The position numbers and the translations under genes are program-made. Of a stretch of DNA of 64,000 nt, positions 18,974 through 27,840 are shown piece by piece. The notes below the pieces were generated by a model, which did not search any database, was not told the origin of the DNA, and saw nothing but the letters and a program-made list of their open reading frames with translations. Source of the stretch: an uncultured Desulfurococcales archaeon (GTDB lineage Archaea > Thermoproteota > Thermoprotei_A > Sulfolobales > CAZCAU01); contig CAZCAU010000001.1 of NCBI GenBank assembly GCA_964496855.1, forward strand, positions 62 to 64,061. The letters are read 5' to 3'. How positions within the stretch are numbered: position 1 is the first letter of the stretch; each line of letters begins with the position of its first letter.

Positions 18974-19210
18974 GTGAGAGTGGCACAAGGAGTAACACTA
19001 GATAGAGTGCCATCGGGTAGTAGAGTAATAGTACGTCAAATAATTGGTGGAGCAGGAGTACATACTAGGCTGTTGCAAATGGGTATAGTTCCAGGAGAAG
19101 TTATTGAGGTAATCTCCAACAATGCTGGTCCCGTAGTAATAAAGGTTCGCGGCACAATTATTTCTATAGGCAGAGGTATAGCACGTAAAATAATAGTTGA
19201 AAAAGCTTAA
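18974..19210 (+). CDS. feoA: Ferrous iron transport protein A
   Basis: 78 aa with a GTG start. FeoA SH3-like pattern LDRVPSGSRVIVRQIIGGAGVHTRLLQMGIVPGEVIEV. Confidence 0.8.
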   Translation: MRVAQGVTLDRVPSGSRVIVRQIIGGAGVHTRLLQMGIVPGEVIEVISNNAGPVVIKVRGTIISIGRGIARKIIVEKA

Positions 19211-19340
19211 TTTTCAAGATTTAAAAAGAGACTAGTTTTAGCACTACTTGTTCTACTTAGAGAACAAAGTTTATCTTTAAGTGTATTGCAGACTTTAAAC
19301 AAAATCTTAATTATCCGTACATCGGATTTTCTTCTAGGAA

Positions 19341-19356
19341 ATTAGGTAAACCTAAT
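19341..19356. promoter_or_regulatory. Candidate DtxR-type operator: palindrome ATTAGGT-AA-ACCTAAT upstream of feoB
   Basis: 7-bp perfect inverted arms with a 2-bp centre, 18 nt upstream of the feoB ATG. It lies downstream of the AT-rich TATA-like CTTAATTAT (about 19306-19314). The arms TTAGGT/ACCTAA equal the outer hexamers of the bacterial DtxR/IdeR box TTAGGTTAGSCTAACCTAA. Confidence 0.35.
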
Positions 19357-19373
19357 AACGAGGCAGGTATGCC

Positions 19374-21479
19374 ATGAATAAATGCGATTATGTGGTCGCA
19401 CTAGTAGGACAACCGAATGTCGGTAAGTCCACATTATTTAATATTCTTACAGGGGAATATACACGAGTAGGAAATTGGCCCGGCACAACCATAGAGCGCA
19501 AAGAAGGTAGGAAAGCGTATAGAGGCAAGAACATATGCTTCGTAGACCTCCCTGGAATCTATGGGCTTTCAACAAGCTCGCTAGAAGAAATCATTGCTAG
19601 AGAGTATATCGTCAAGAATAAACCAGATGTAGTCCTAGTACTAGCAGACTCAACAGCTCTAGAACGCACACTATTTCTACCTATACAGATACTAGAGTTT
19701 TTCCCCAAGGTAATAGTTGTACTTACTAAAATAGATCAAGCACACCCATTAGGGGTCCATATGAATGTAGAGAAACTTTCACAAAAACTAGGCGTGCCTG
19801 TAGTAGCTGTTTCCAGCATGACCAGGGAAGGGATAAAGACCTTATTGGATGAGATAGTAGAGGTGGCCGAAACCCCGCTTTCACAGTTCTCACTTTTAGA
19901 AATAGATTATGATGGCTTGAGTCCCTATATTGAAGAATTAACAGAGAAAATAAGGAAAGCGGGTATCCTCAGAGAGTACCCGGCTAGATGGGTTGCTATA
20001 AGGCTTTTAGAAGGTGATAAAGAGCTAGAAGAGAAAATTACTAGAGCTGGGAAGGAGAATTTATTGCACCAAGTAAGGATTATGAGAGCAGAAATAAAGA
20101 AACTAACAGGCAGAGAGCCTATAGATTTAGCTGTTGCGGCACGGTTCGCCTTTGTAGATTCATTGATAAGCGAAGTAGTTGTTAGAAAACACACGAAAGG
20201 CAGAGAAGCTTTCTCTAGGATTGATAGAGTTTTTATGAAGCCCGTGATAGGCCCAGTTTTCTCTATAGGCGTACTACTAGGAGTGTTCTTCATAGCGTTT
20301 ACCATAAACACTGGCTTCCCCCTAAACATACTACTTGGGGAAATAGGGTTGACAAAAATAGCTACACTTCTGGAAGAGTATAGCATAAGCGGTGTTCTGA
20401 ATACCCTGTTTAACAACCTGGGGGAGGCTGTTAAAGATATTGTTAGTCGTAGCAATGGTCCCGCCTGGTTGGCTTCATTGCTTGGCGACGGCATCATACC
20501 AGGAGTAGGAGCAGTATTATCCTTTCTGCCACTCATAATGATGATATTCTTTCTTTTAGCATTGATAGAAGATACTGGTATAGCACCCCGTATAGCTGTG
20601 TCATTAAACGAGTTCTTTGCTAGATTCGGATTAACTGGTAGAGCTGTTTACCCGTTCCTAATAAGCTTAGGTTGTAATGTGCCCGGAGTGCTGGCTACAA
20701 GGGCTGAAATAGATGAAAAGTCGAGGATCTCAGCTATATTTGCTGCTCCCTTCGTACCGTGCCAAGCAAGGTTTGTTGTTTTAGCCGCGATTACTAGCAT
20801 ATTTTTCAGAAGCGTGCTTGCACAAGTTTTCTCGCTGGTAACAATATACGTAGTCGCGTTAATAATAGCGCTAGCTACCGCATTAATTGTTAGAAAGATT
20901 CTTCTAAGAGAGAAAGAGAAGCCGGAATTCTTATTAGAAATACCCCCTATCCACAAACCAAGCCTGCGAGTTGTATGGTGGCTTACATGGTCAAATTCTA
21001 AGCATTTCTTGATAAAAGCTGGAACAGTCATATTTATGCTGAGCGTAGTAACATGGGCCCTATTATACATAGGCCCCAGCGGCTATAATGTAGAACCTAC
21101 AGAGAGTTATGGCGCGATTATAGGTAAATTCTTTGCACCACTACTCAAGATATACGATATAACTGGTGACGCTGCTTGGATACTTGCATTCGCACTACTT
21201 CACGGATTTGTTGCAAAAGAGGCTTTTCTCGAATCACTAGCACTGCTATCGGGAGGAGAAGAATTGTCTACTATGATACACATGCTTGGACTAACCACGC
21301 CGCAACTGATGAGTATACTTGTCTTCTTTACACTATACGTTCCATGTCTTGCAACAATAGCTGTCATGTACCAAGAACTTAAATCACTAAGGTATACTGT
21401 TCTAGCAATACTCTATATGGTCTTCACAGCAATAATAATCTCTGCAATTGTGTATCTCGTTTTGTCTTTACTAATCTAG
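19374..21479 (+). CDS. feoB: Ferrous iron transporter B
   Basis: 701 aa. N-terminal G domain VALVGQPNVGKSTLFNILTG, DLPGIY and LTKID, followed by the polytopic FeoB gate/membrane domain. Confidence 0.92.
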   Translation: MNKCDYVVALVGQPNVGKSTLFNILTGEYTRVGNWPGTTIERKEGRKAYRGKNICFVDLPGIYGLSTSSLEEIIAREYIVKNKPDVVLVLADSTALERTLFLPIQILEFFPKVIVVLTKIDQAHPLGVHMNVEKLSQKLGVPVVAVSSMTREGIKTLLDEIVEVAETPLSQFSLLEIDYDGLSPYIEELTEKIRKAGILREYPARWVAIRLLEGDKELEEKITRAGKENLLHQVRIMRAEIKKLTGREPIDLAVAARFAFVDSLISEVVVRKHTKGREAFSRIDRVFMKPVIGPVFSIGVLLGVFFIAFTINTGFPLNILLGEIGLTKIATLLEEYSISGVLNTLFNNLGEAVKDIVSRSNGPAWLASLLGDGIIPGVGAVLSFLPLIMMIFFLLALIEDTGIAPRIAVSLNEFFARFGLTGRAVYPFLISLGCNVPGVLATRAEIDEKSRISAIFAAPFVPCQARFVVLAAITSIFFRSVLAQVFSLVTIYVVALIIALATALIVRKILLREKEKPEFLLEIPPIHKPSLRVVWWLTWSNSKHFLIKAGTVIFMLSVVTWALLYIGPSGYNVEPTESYGAIIGKFFAPLLKIYDITGDAAWILAFALLHGFVAKEAFLESLALLSGGEELSTMIHMLGLTTPQLMSILVFFTLYVPCLATIAVMYQELKSLRYTVLAILYMVFTAIIISAIVYLVLSLLI

Positions 21480-21494
21480 ACTAGATTAGAATAT

Positions 21495-21818
21495 CTAGAA
21501 AACAGGCATCTCTACACCAGTACTTTTCTGCTTCTCATTTATATCTACACTAGCGCTAGTAATGCCCTTACCAATACTACTTCCAACAGCCAGTATCGCT
21601 ACTCTGTCTCCAGAAAACCTGAGCTCTATCACTCCATTGGCATAGTAGATTCTTATACCCTCTAAAACTTCTTCCTGCAGGCCCAACATACTCGTAGCAA
21701 GTCTTTTCAGTCTCTTGATTTTACCAATCAGGTTACTATTAAGAATGGTATCACTGGGTATCGATAATTCTACCTTCTCTTCTTCCAGATTTATTCTAGA
21801 AATAATGAAGCCCGGCAC
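21495..21818 (-). CDS. Hypothetical protein (107 aa)
   Basis: GTG-initiated ORF convergent with feoB. No motif I can name with confidence. Confidence 0.4.
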   Translation of the reverse strand: MPGFIISRINLEEEKVELSIPSDTILNSNLIGKIKRLKRLATSMLGLQEEVLEGIRIYYANGVIELRFSGDRVAILAVGSSIGKGITSASVDINEKQKSTGVEMPVF

Positions 21819-21976
21819 ACCACTCTACCATAGGATATTGCTCATCATCAAGTAGCTATATAAATAAGTAGGCTTGATAATATCCCCGAATTACATGGTC
21901 TTTTAAGACTATCTAGCAGTTTCAAAATCTTATTATTAATAACTAACAATAATTATACATAGGTGCTTTAACTACC

Positions 21977-22864
21977 GTGTCGAAAGACTTTCTTGCTGAC
22001 AAGATAAAGGCTTTTGTAGTAGATTTAATAAAGACTGCCATCATAAGAATCCCCTATGATGTCTATATTGCACTTAAGAAGGCATACGAAGAGGAAAACA
22101 GCCCTGTTACTAAGAAGCAGTTAGAAACTATTCTGGAGAACATTATGATTGCTAGAGAAGAAGGCAAACCTATTTGTCAGGATACTGGTACACCATATTT
22201 TAGTATTGAGATAGGAGAAGATTTCCCTATCAAAAGCATGTTGTACAATATACTAGCAGACGCTGTCAGAGAAGCTACCCAGAAGATTCCTTTAAGGCCT
22301 AATGCTGTGGATCCCATTACAAATACAAATAGCGGCAACAATACTGGCAGATTTATTCCCTGGATAGATGCTGAAATAGTGCCGGGGTCTACATTAAAGA
22401 TATGTTTTATGGCTAAAGGAGGAGGCAGTGAGTACCCTAATGTACTAGCTATGATACCGCCAGCTAAGGGGTTGAAAGGAGTAAAAGAAGTTGTGCTCAA
22501 AGCTGTCATAGACGCGGGGCCTAAGCCTTGTCCACCCGTAATAATAGGAGTTGGTATAGCCGCAGGCTCTGATATAGCTCTTAAGCTAGCAAAGAAAAGC
22601 CTCTACAGACCTGTTGGCCAAAGACATGAGATCAAGGAAGTAGCAGACCTAGAAGAAGAGCTTCTCCGTCTAATTAACAGACTGGGTATAGGAGCTCACG
22701 GGTTTGGCGGAAAGTACACAGCACTAGATGTAAAAATTGATTATGCTTATAGGCATCCAGCGAGTTTTGCTGCAGGGGTAGTGTTTAGCTGTTGGGCCAC
22801 TAGAAGGGCGTGTGGTATTATAGATGAAAAGGGCGAAGCTCGTCTATTATCAAGGCATTTGTAA
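21977..22864 (+). CDS. Class I (Fe-S) fumarate hydratase/tartrate dehydratase family, alpha subunit
   Basis: 295 aa. PICQDTGTP cluster-ligand motif and MAKGGGSEYPN. GTG start. Followed by the beta subunit. Confidence 0.85.
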   Translation: MSKDFLADKIKAFVVDLIKTAIIRIPYDVYIALKKAYEEENSPVTKKQLETILENIMIAREEGKPICQDTGTPYFSIEIGEDFPIKSMLYNILADAVREATQKIPLRPNAVDPITNTNSGNNTGRFIPWIDAEIVPGSTLKICFMAKGGGSEYPNVLAMIPPAKGLKGVKEVVLKAVIDAGPKPCPPVIIGVGIAAGSDIALKLAKKSLYRPVGQRHEIKEVADLEEELLRLINRLGIGAHGFGGKYTALDVKIDYAYRHPASFAAGVVFSCWATRRACGIIDEKGEARLLSRHL

Positions 22865-22929
22865 GGTGAGTTATCCTGGTAGAATATGTTCTCTCTACCC
22901 CGTTATCCGAGGATGATGTAAGAAGATTA

Positions 22930-23469
22930 GTGATTGGGGATATAGTCTATTTGACCGGTATAATAGTTACGGCAAGGGATCAAGCGCACAGAAGAATACT
23001 AGAACTTTTAGAAAAAGGACAGAAACCCCCAATAGACCTAGAGGGTCTAGCTGTTTACCATTGCGGACCAGTCGTGAAAAAAGAAGGGGCCGAATGGAAG
23101 ATCATCGCTGCAGGACCCACTACAAGTACTAGGATGGAATATCTTGAACCAGATTTTATCAAGAAGACTGGTGTTAGAATGATTATAGGTAAAGGGGGTA
23201 TGGGTAAAGGCACTGCTTGTGCATGCAAGGAGTATGGTGCTGTGTACACAGTGTTTACTGGTGGAGCAGCCCTTGTAGCGGCTAAGGCTATTAAACGTGT
23301 ACGCGAAGTCCATTGGCTTGATTTAGGGGTTCCTGAGGCATTATGGGTCCTCGAGGTAGAAAAATTCGGTCCACTAGTTGTCACAATTGATGCTAAAGGA
23401 CAAAATCTCTACGATAAGGTTATGGAGAAAGCTAGGAGGATATACACTGAAATATTATCAAGCATTTAG
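22930..23469 (+). CDS. Class I fumarate hydratase/tartrate dehydratase family, beta subunit (true start probably upstream, about 22873-22876)
   Basis: 179 aa from GTG 22930. Motifs TARDQAHRRILE, GPTTSTRME and IGKGGMG. The in-frame upstream sequence ILVEYVLSTPLSEDDVRRL aligns with the conserved N-terminus of TtdB/FumB-type beta subunits but has no ATG/GTG/TTG. Confidence 0.85.
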   Translation: MIGDIVYLTGIIVTARDQAHRRILELLEKGQKPPIDLEGLAVYHCGPVVKKEGAEWKIIAAGPTTSTRMEYLEPDFIKKTGVRMIIGKGGMGKGTACACKEYGAVYTVFTGGAALVAAKAIKRVREVHWLDLGVPEALWVLEVEKFGPLVVTIDAKGQNLYDKVMEKARRIYTEILSSI

Positions 23470-23477
23470 TTAACCAG

Positions 23478-25229
23478 GTGTTGCACATATTGGTTGACGA
23501 AATAATTCACGACATTGTTATAATTGGAAGCGGCATAGCTGGTCTAAGAGCTGCCGTCGAGATTATGAGGACTACTGGTGGTAAGGTTACTGTGGGAATT
23601 ATAAGCAAGCTCCAGCTCATGAGAAGCCATAGCGTAGCTGCAGAAGGCGGTACAGCTGCTGTCCTTTACCCAGAGGAAGGGGATAGTTTTGCACTACATG
23701 CATGGGATACTGTTAAAGGCTCCGACTTTCTTGCAGACCAGGATACAGTATGGCGTTTTGTACGAAACATGCCTGAAGAAATCAGATTGCTAGAACACTG
23801 GGGGCTGCCGTGGTCGAGAAGACCTGATGGCAGAATAGCTCAAAGACCTTTTGGCGGACACTCTTTTCCACGTGCAACATATGCTGCCGACAAAACAGGT
23901 TTTTTTGAAATGCAGACCTTGTACAATAAGTTACTAGAATACGATAACTGGTACCGTTATGAGGAGTGGTTTGTAACCAGTATTTTAGTAGAAGATAATG
24001 TATACAAGGGATTGACAGCTATTGAGCTAAAAACAGGTAATTTCTACGTTATTAGAAGCAAAGCAGCAATTATTGCCACAGGCGGTGGTGCGAGAAGCTA
24101 TGGGTTCACAACTTATAGCCACTCGTCGACCGCAGATGGCTTCGCTATGGCTGCTAGGGCAGGAATACCTGTTAAGGACCCAGAGTTTGTTCAGTTTCAT
24201 CCAACAGGTCTCGTGCCCTCTGGTATCCTTGTCTCCGAGGCAGCACGGGGAGAGGGAGGATATCTCATAAATGCGAAAGGCGAGCGTTTCATGAAGAAAT
24301 ACGCGCCGGAAAGAATGGAGCTTGCACCAAGAGACGTTGTCTCAAGAGCTATGATGAGAGAAATCATAGAGGGTAGAGGCGTAAAACATGTTAGTGGGTA
24401 CGAGCATGTATGGCTTGATCTGAGACATCTAGGAGAAGACAAAATAAATGAGCGTCTCCCATTCATCAGAGAACTAGTTATGAACTTCATAGGAGTAGAT
24501 CCTGTAAGCGAGCCTATACCGGTAAGACCCGTTGCACACTACAGGATGGGCGGTATTCTAACAGATATTGATGGAAAAGTAATTAATAATCAGAGAACAT
24601 GGATCAAAGGCTTATTCGCTGCGGGAGAGGTTGCCAATCCCGGCGTACACGGTGCAAACAGACTTGGTGCAAACAGTACTGCTGAGTGCCTCGTATGGGG
24701 CAAGATCGTTGGAAGACTAGCCGCCGAGTACGCGTTAAAAACAACTGATGTACCAGGTAATGCTTCTCATTTAGTAGAAAGAGAGGAAAAAAGGATTTAC
24801 GACAAATTACTCAGACATGAGAGCGGAGAGTCTGTTTTTGAAATAAGAAAGAAGATGAGAGAAGTCATGGACAAACACGTCTACGTCTTCAGAGAGGAGG
24901 CAGGCTTGACTAGGGCTTTGAAAACACTAAGAATGCTCAAACAAAAGTTCGAAAACGTTTACCCTTATGATAAAACCCGAGCATATAACACAGAATTACA
25001 ATTAATGCTTGAAACACAGAATCTCCTAGATGATGCAGAGATGATCGTAGAAGCTGCACTAAACCGTAGAGAGAGCAGAGGTGCCCACTTTAGAATAGAC
25101 TACCCAAATCGCGATGACACTAATTGGCTAAAGCACACTCTTGTATACTATGATGCTAATGGAAAAATAGTCCTTGTCTACGAACCAGTGAGAATAACTA
25201 CATGGAAACCCGTTGAGAGAAAATATTAG
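23478..25229 (+). CDS. sdhA: Succinate dehydrogenase/fumarate reductase flavoprotein subunit
   Basis: 583 aa. FAD motif DIVIIGSGIAGLRAA. RSHSVAAEGG (covalent-FAD His region). HPTG and RGAHFR motifs. Confidence 0.92.
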   Translation: MLHILVDEIIHDIVIIGSGIAGLRAAVEIMRTTGGKVTVGIISKLQLMRSHSVAAEGGTAAVLYPEEGDSFALHAWDTVKGSDFLADQDTVWRFVRNMPEEIRLLEHWGLPWSRRPDGRIAQRPFGGHSFPRATYAADKTGFFEMQTLYNKLLEYDNWYRYEEWFVTSILVEDNVYKGLTAIELKTGNFYVIRSKAAIIATGGGARSYGFTTYSHSSTADGFAMAARAGIPVKDPEFVQFHPTGLVPSGILVSEAARGEGGYLINAKGERFMKKYAPERMELAPRDVVSRAMMREIIEGRGVKHVSGYEHVWLDLRHLGEDKINERLPFIRELVMNFIGVDPVSEPIPVRPVAHYRMGGILTDIDGKVINNQRTWIKGLFAAGEVANPGVHGANRLGANSTAECLVWGKIVGRLAAEYALKTTDVPGNASHLVEREEKRIYDKLLRHESGESVFEIRKKMREVMDKHVYVFREEAGLTRALKTLRMLKQKFENVYPYDKTRAYNTELQLMLETQNLLDDAEMIVEAALNRRESRGAHFRIDYPNRDDTNWLKHTLVYYDANGKIVLVYEPVRITTWKPVERKY

Positions 25230-25231
25230 CT

Positions 25232-25708
25232 GTGTATATGGGTGAAGAGATAATGAGTAAGAAAAAGATTCACTTATATGAGAACGAGTACGGGATCCTG
25301 GGTCACCTGTATAAGCATGTGCTAATGAACCCCGAGAGAATAGCATTTACATTACACAGAATAACAGGTATAGGCATGGTGCTCTACTTAGTATTACACG
25401 TATACATGACTAGTCTAACACTAGATCCGTTACGTTGGGCATCGTTTCTAACCACTATAGAAAACCCCTTAGTACGTTTTGGCGAGTGGCTTCTTGCAGG
25501 AGCAGTGATATACCATGGGCTGAACGGTATCAGGCTTATCCTAACAGAAGCCCTGGGTATAGGGCTTGGCAAGCCGAGGAGAAGAGCTGTTTACCCTCTA
25601 GTGAGCCCAAGTATCAGGGCCGCGCAGAGAAAGAGTCTCTACCTAGTATTCGCGCTGAGTCTTGTGGGGTGGCTCATTGCAGGATACATAATATTCTCGG
25701 GTGAATAG
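25232..25708 (+). CDS. sdhC: Succinate dehydrogenase/fumarate reductase membrane (cytochrome b-type) subunit C
   Basis: 158 aa. Three hydrophobic helices with conserved-looking His (HRITG, YHGLNG). Position between sdhA and sdhD. Alternative ATG starts at 25238 and 25253. Confidence 0.6.
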   Translation: MYMGEEIMSKKKIHLYENEYGILGHLYKHVLMNPERIAFTLHRITGIGMVLYLVLHVYMTSLTLDPLRWASFLTTIENPLVRFGEWLLAGAVIYHGLNGIRLILTEALGIGLGKPRRRAVYPLVSPSIRAAQRKSLYLVFALSLVGWLIAGYIIFSGE

Positions 25709-26048
25709 AATGTTTCGTGAGTCTCTATGGAGTTTAATACAATATCTCACAGCTACACTGCTATTGGTTATCCTGGGTATACACATTCTTACGCATATAC
25801 CGCCATTCGTAGAAACCTACCATGAGGGGCTAAGCCTGGAATCTGTTAGAACTAATTATAGAGAGTTAGGATGGGTCTTATTGATATTATTATATGTAGC
25901 ATTATTTCACGGTTTAAACGGGATCAGGGGTTTAGCACATGAGATAATCAGAAATACGCGGATGCTGACGATAGTAAACACAGCATTAGTGTTGTTATTC
26001 ATAATACTAGCCGCGTATGGAACCTATACGATAATGAAATGGGCTTAG
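25701..26048 (+). CDS. sdhD: Succinate dehydrogenase/fumarate reductase membrane subunit D
   Basis: 115 aa. Three TM helices. HGLNGIRG motif paralogous to the SdhC motif. 8-nt overlap with sdhC. Confidence 0.55.
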   Translation: MNRMFRESLWSLIQYLTATLLLVILGIHILTHIPPFVETYHEGLSLESVRTNYRELGWVLLILLYVALFHGLNGIRGLAHEIIRNTRMLTIVNTALVLLFIILAAYGTYTIMKWA

Positions 26049-26897
26049 GTGGTACTAGTGGCAAGAGACGTGGTAAAAATACGGATAAAGCGGTATAACC
26101 CAGAGAGCAAGAAGATATGGTGGCAAGAGTATGATGTACCAATCATTGAGGGTATGACTGTCTTAGACGCTCTACTTTACATAAAAGAGAATATTGACTC
26201 TACACTAGCTATTAGATACTCTTGTAGAATGGGAATTTGCGGAAGTTGTGGTATGCTGATAAATGGTGTGCCAAGACTAGCTTGTTATACACAAATAGGT
26301 ATGCTAAAAACCAAGACTATAGTAATTGAACCCCTGCCAAACTTCCCTGTAATTAGGGATCTCGCTACAGACTTTACGTTGTTCTTCGAGAAGCACAGAA
26401 TAGTCAAGCCATATCTGATAAGAAGAGACAAGTATGAACAAGAGAACCCTGTTAGAGAATACCGGATGCTACCAGAGGAACTTGACGGGATTAAACAGTT
26501 TGTGTATTGCATATACTGTGGTTTATGTTATTCTGCGTGTCCCATAACCGGTGTTGATAAAGAATACCTGGGACCACAGGCGTTAATGTATGCTTACCGC
26601 TTCATAATAGATGTTAGAGACGAAGGCTTTATGGAGAGACTAAACATAGTTGATGATACACATGGTTGCCATAGATGTCACCTAGCTCTAAGCTGTAGTA
26701 GTGTATGCCCTAAAGGTGTAGATCCTGGTTATGCTATTCAAATGTTAAGAAAAATACTCCTACATAGAAATCTAGGAAAACTAAAGATTAAGACCAGGGG
26801 GTCACCGGTAGTAGAGCCTCTGAAACATATGCCTAAATACGCGAAAAAGCCTCCTCAACCTACTATCGAAAACCCACAGTGGGAGAACAATATATGA
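26049..26897 (+). CDS. sdhB: Succinate dehydrogenase/fumarate reductase iron-sulfur subunit
   Basis: 282 aa. Cluster motifs CRMGICGSCGMLINGVPRLAC (2Fe-2S), CIYCGLCYSACP and CHRCHLALSCSSVCPKG. Confidence 0.9.
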   Translation: MVLVARDVVKIRIKRYNPESKKIWWQEYDVPIIEGMTVLDALLYIKENIDSTLAIRYSCRMGICGSCGMLINGVPRLACYTQIGMLKTKTIVIEPLPNFPVIRDLATDFTLFFEKHRIVKPYLIRRDKYEQENPVREYRMLPEELDGIKQFVYCIYCGLCYSACPITGVDKEYLGPQALMYAYRFIIDVRDEGFMERLNIVDDTHGCHRCHLALSCSSVCPKGVDPGYAIQMLRKILLHRNLGKLKIKTRGSPVVEPLKHMPKYAKKPPQPTIENPQWENNI

Positions 26898-27490
26898 ATA
26901 CCGCGAAAACGGGGTCTCCTGATAATACGGTACGCGAGAAAAACCTATTCATAATACTAGCTATAATTTTCATAATGTCAACACTTGCTGGCTATACGCA
27001 TTGGCAAACTCTTTCTAAGAGCATTAATCCCGAAGAATTTTTCAAAAACATATCCTTTGAACCATGTAGTATCAAGACGCTATTATTGATATTTAGTAAT
27101 AATATGAGAGTTGCGTTTACTAGTATCTTGTCAGGAGTATTTATATTTCCACCAGTATTGATAGTCTTAGCAAATGGTTTAGTTATAGGCTCGCTAGTCG
27201 CGTTTGTGGCCAACAAAAGTCATGTACCAGCTTATCTCGTAGCAATGAAGCTTGTACCACACGGTATCTTAGAGATACCAGCTTTCATACTGTCAGCATG
27301 CATAGGCATACAGCTTGGTCGTGTATTTGTCAAGTTCTTATCACTTAGAAGGAAAAAGGGTGAACAAGTATCAGAAGAGGAGATAAACATGCTTACAAGA
27401 TACTTTATTGCCAGGCTGATCATAGTAGTCTTATTTCTTGCACTAGCAGCATTTATTGAAACCTATGTATCCCCCTTTATAGGGCTTTGA
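26879..27490 (+). CDS. SpoIIM/DUF95-family integral membrane protein
   Basis: 203 aa with 5-6 TM helices. LVPHGILEIPAFILSACIG motif characteristic of the stage II sporulation protein M family. 19-nt overlap with sdhB. Confidence 0.6.
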   Translation: MGEQYMNTAKTGSPDNTVREKNLFIILAIIFIMSTLAGYTHWQTLSKSINPEEFFKNISFEPCSIKTLLLIFSNNMRVAFTSILSGVFIFPPVLIVLANGLVIGSLVAFVANKSHVPAYLVAMKLVPHGILEIPAFILSACIGIQLGRVFVKFLSLRRKKGEQVSEEEINMLTRYFIARLIIVVLFLALAAFIETYVSPFIGL

Positions 27491-27496
27491 GAAGCA

Positions 27497-27736
27497 CTAC
27501 TTTTCTTTCTGAAGCTCTTGAAGAAAAGACTTAAGCCTCTCGATATTCCATTGGTGCACACTGCGCCGCCGCTTATCTATAGGTATACCGAGTTTCTTTG
27601 CACTAGTAATATCTAATCCAGCGGCTTCTAGCTCACCAATGCTAAATCCACGGCCTACTCTAACACCAGGGTCGATACCACCATATTTTATTAATCTCGG
27701 CCTCTTAACTATTGGAGACAACTGTCTCCGCACCAT
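27497..27736 (-). CDS. rpl13e: Ribosomal protein L13e
   Basis: 79 aa and basic. GRGFSIGELEAAGL...KKLGIPIDKRRRS pattern of eukaryotic/crenarchaeal L13e. Confidence 0.8.
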   Translation of the reverse strand: MVRRQLSPIVKRPRLIKYGGIDPGVRVGRGFSIGELEAAGLDITSAKKLGIPIDKRRRSVHQWNIERLKSFLQELQKEK

Positions 27737-27840
27737 TTCACATCCCCTGGTTTTGAAGACCTGTGCTATTTCTTTATAGATTCGCTATTAAGTTTATAAC
27801 CTTAAACCCCGATAATTAGTGGTCTGGGAGAAGATAAAGG

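Noticed and set aside
19925-20536. Long antisense ORFs in the six-frame track. Examples: 203 aa opposite feoB; also 474-833, 870-1232, 5238-5678, 15065-15430, 20648-21070, 23055-23384, 29494-29949, 48820-49278 and 10203-10676.
   Set aside because: Each lies entirely opposite a gene with strong family motifs. Their translations are low-complexity Ser/Leu/Ile/Thr-rich strings without motifs. They look like shadow ORFs typical of this codon bias.
21820-21850. C-box-like AUGAUGA on the minus strand upstream of the 107-aa hypothetical gene.
   Set aside because: No CUGA-type D or D' box at 12-nt spacing and no C' box downstream. The sequence runs straight into the GTG start of the ORF.
22859-22932. 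Possible frameshift or read-through fusing the fumarase alpha and beta subunits (as in single-chain bacterial class I fumarases).
   Set aside because: The alpha frame ends at TAA 22862-22864, and the beta frame has TGA at 22867-22869 downstream of it. No single shift gives a continuous fusion. A separate beta subunit with an unusual start codon is the simpler reading.
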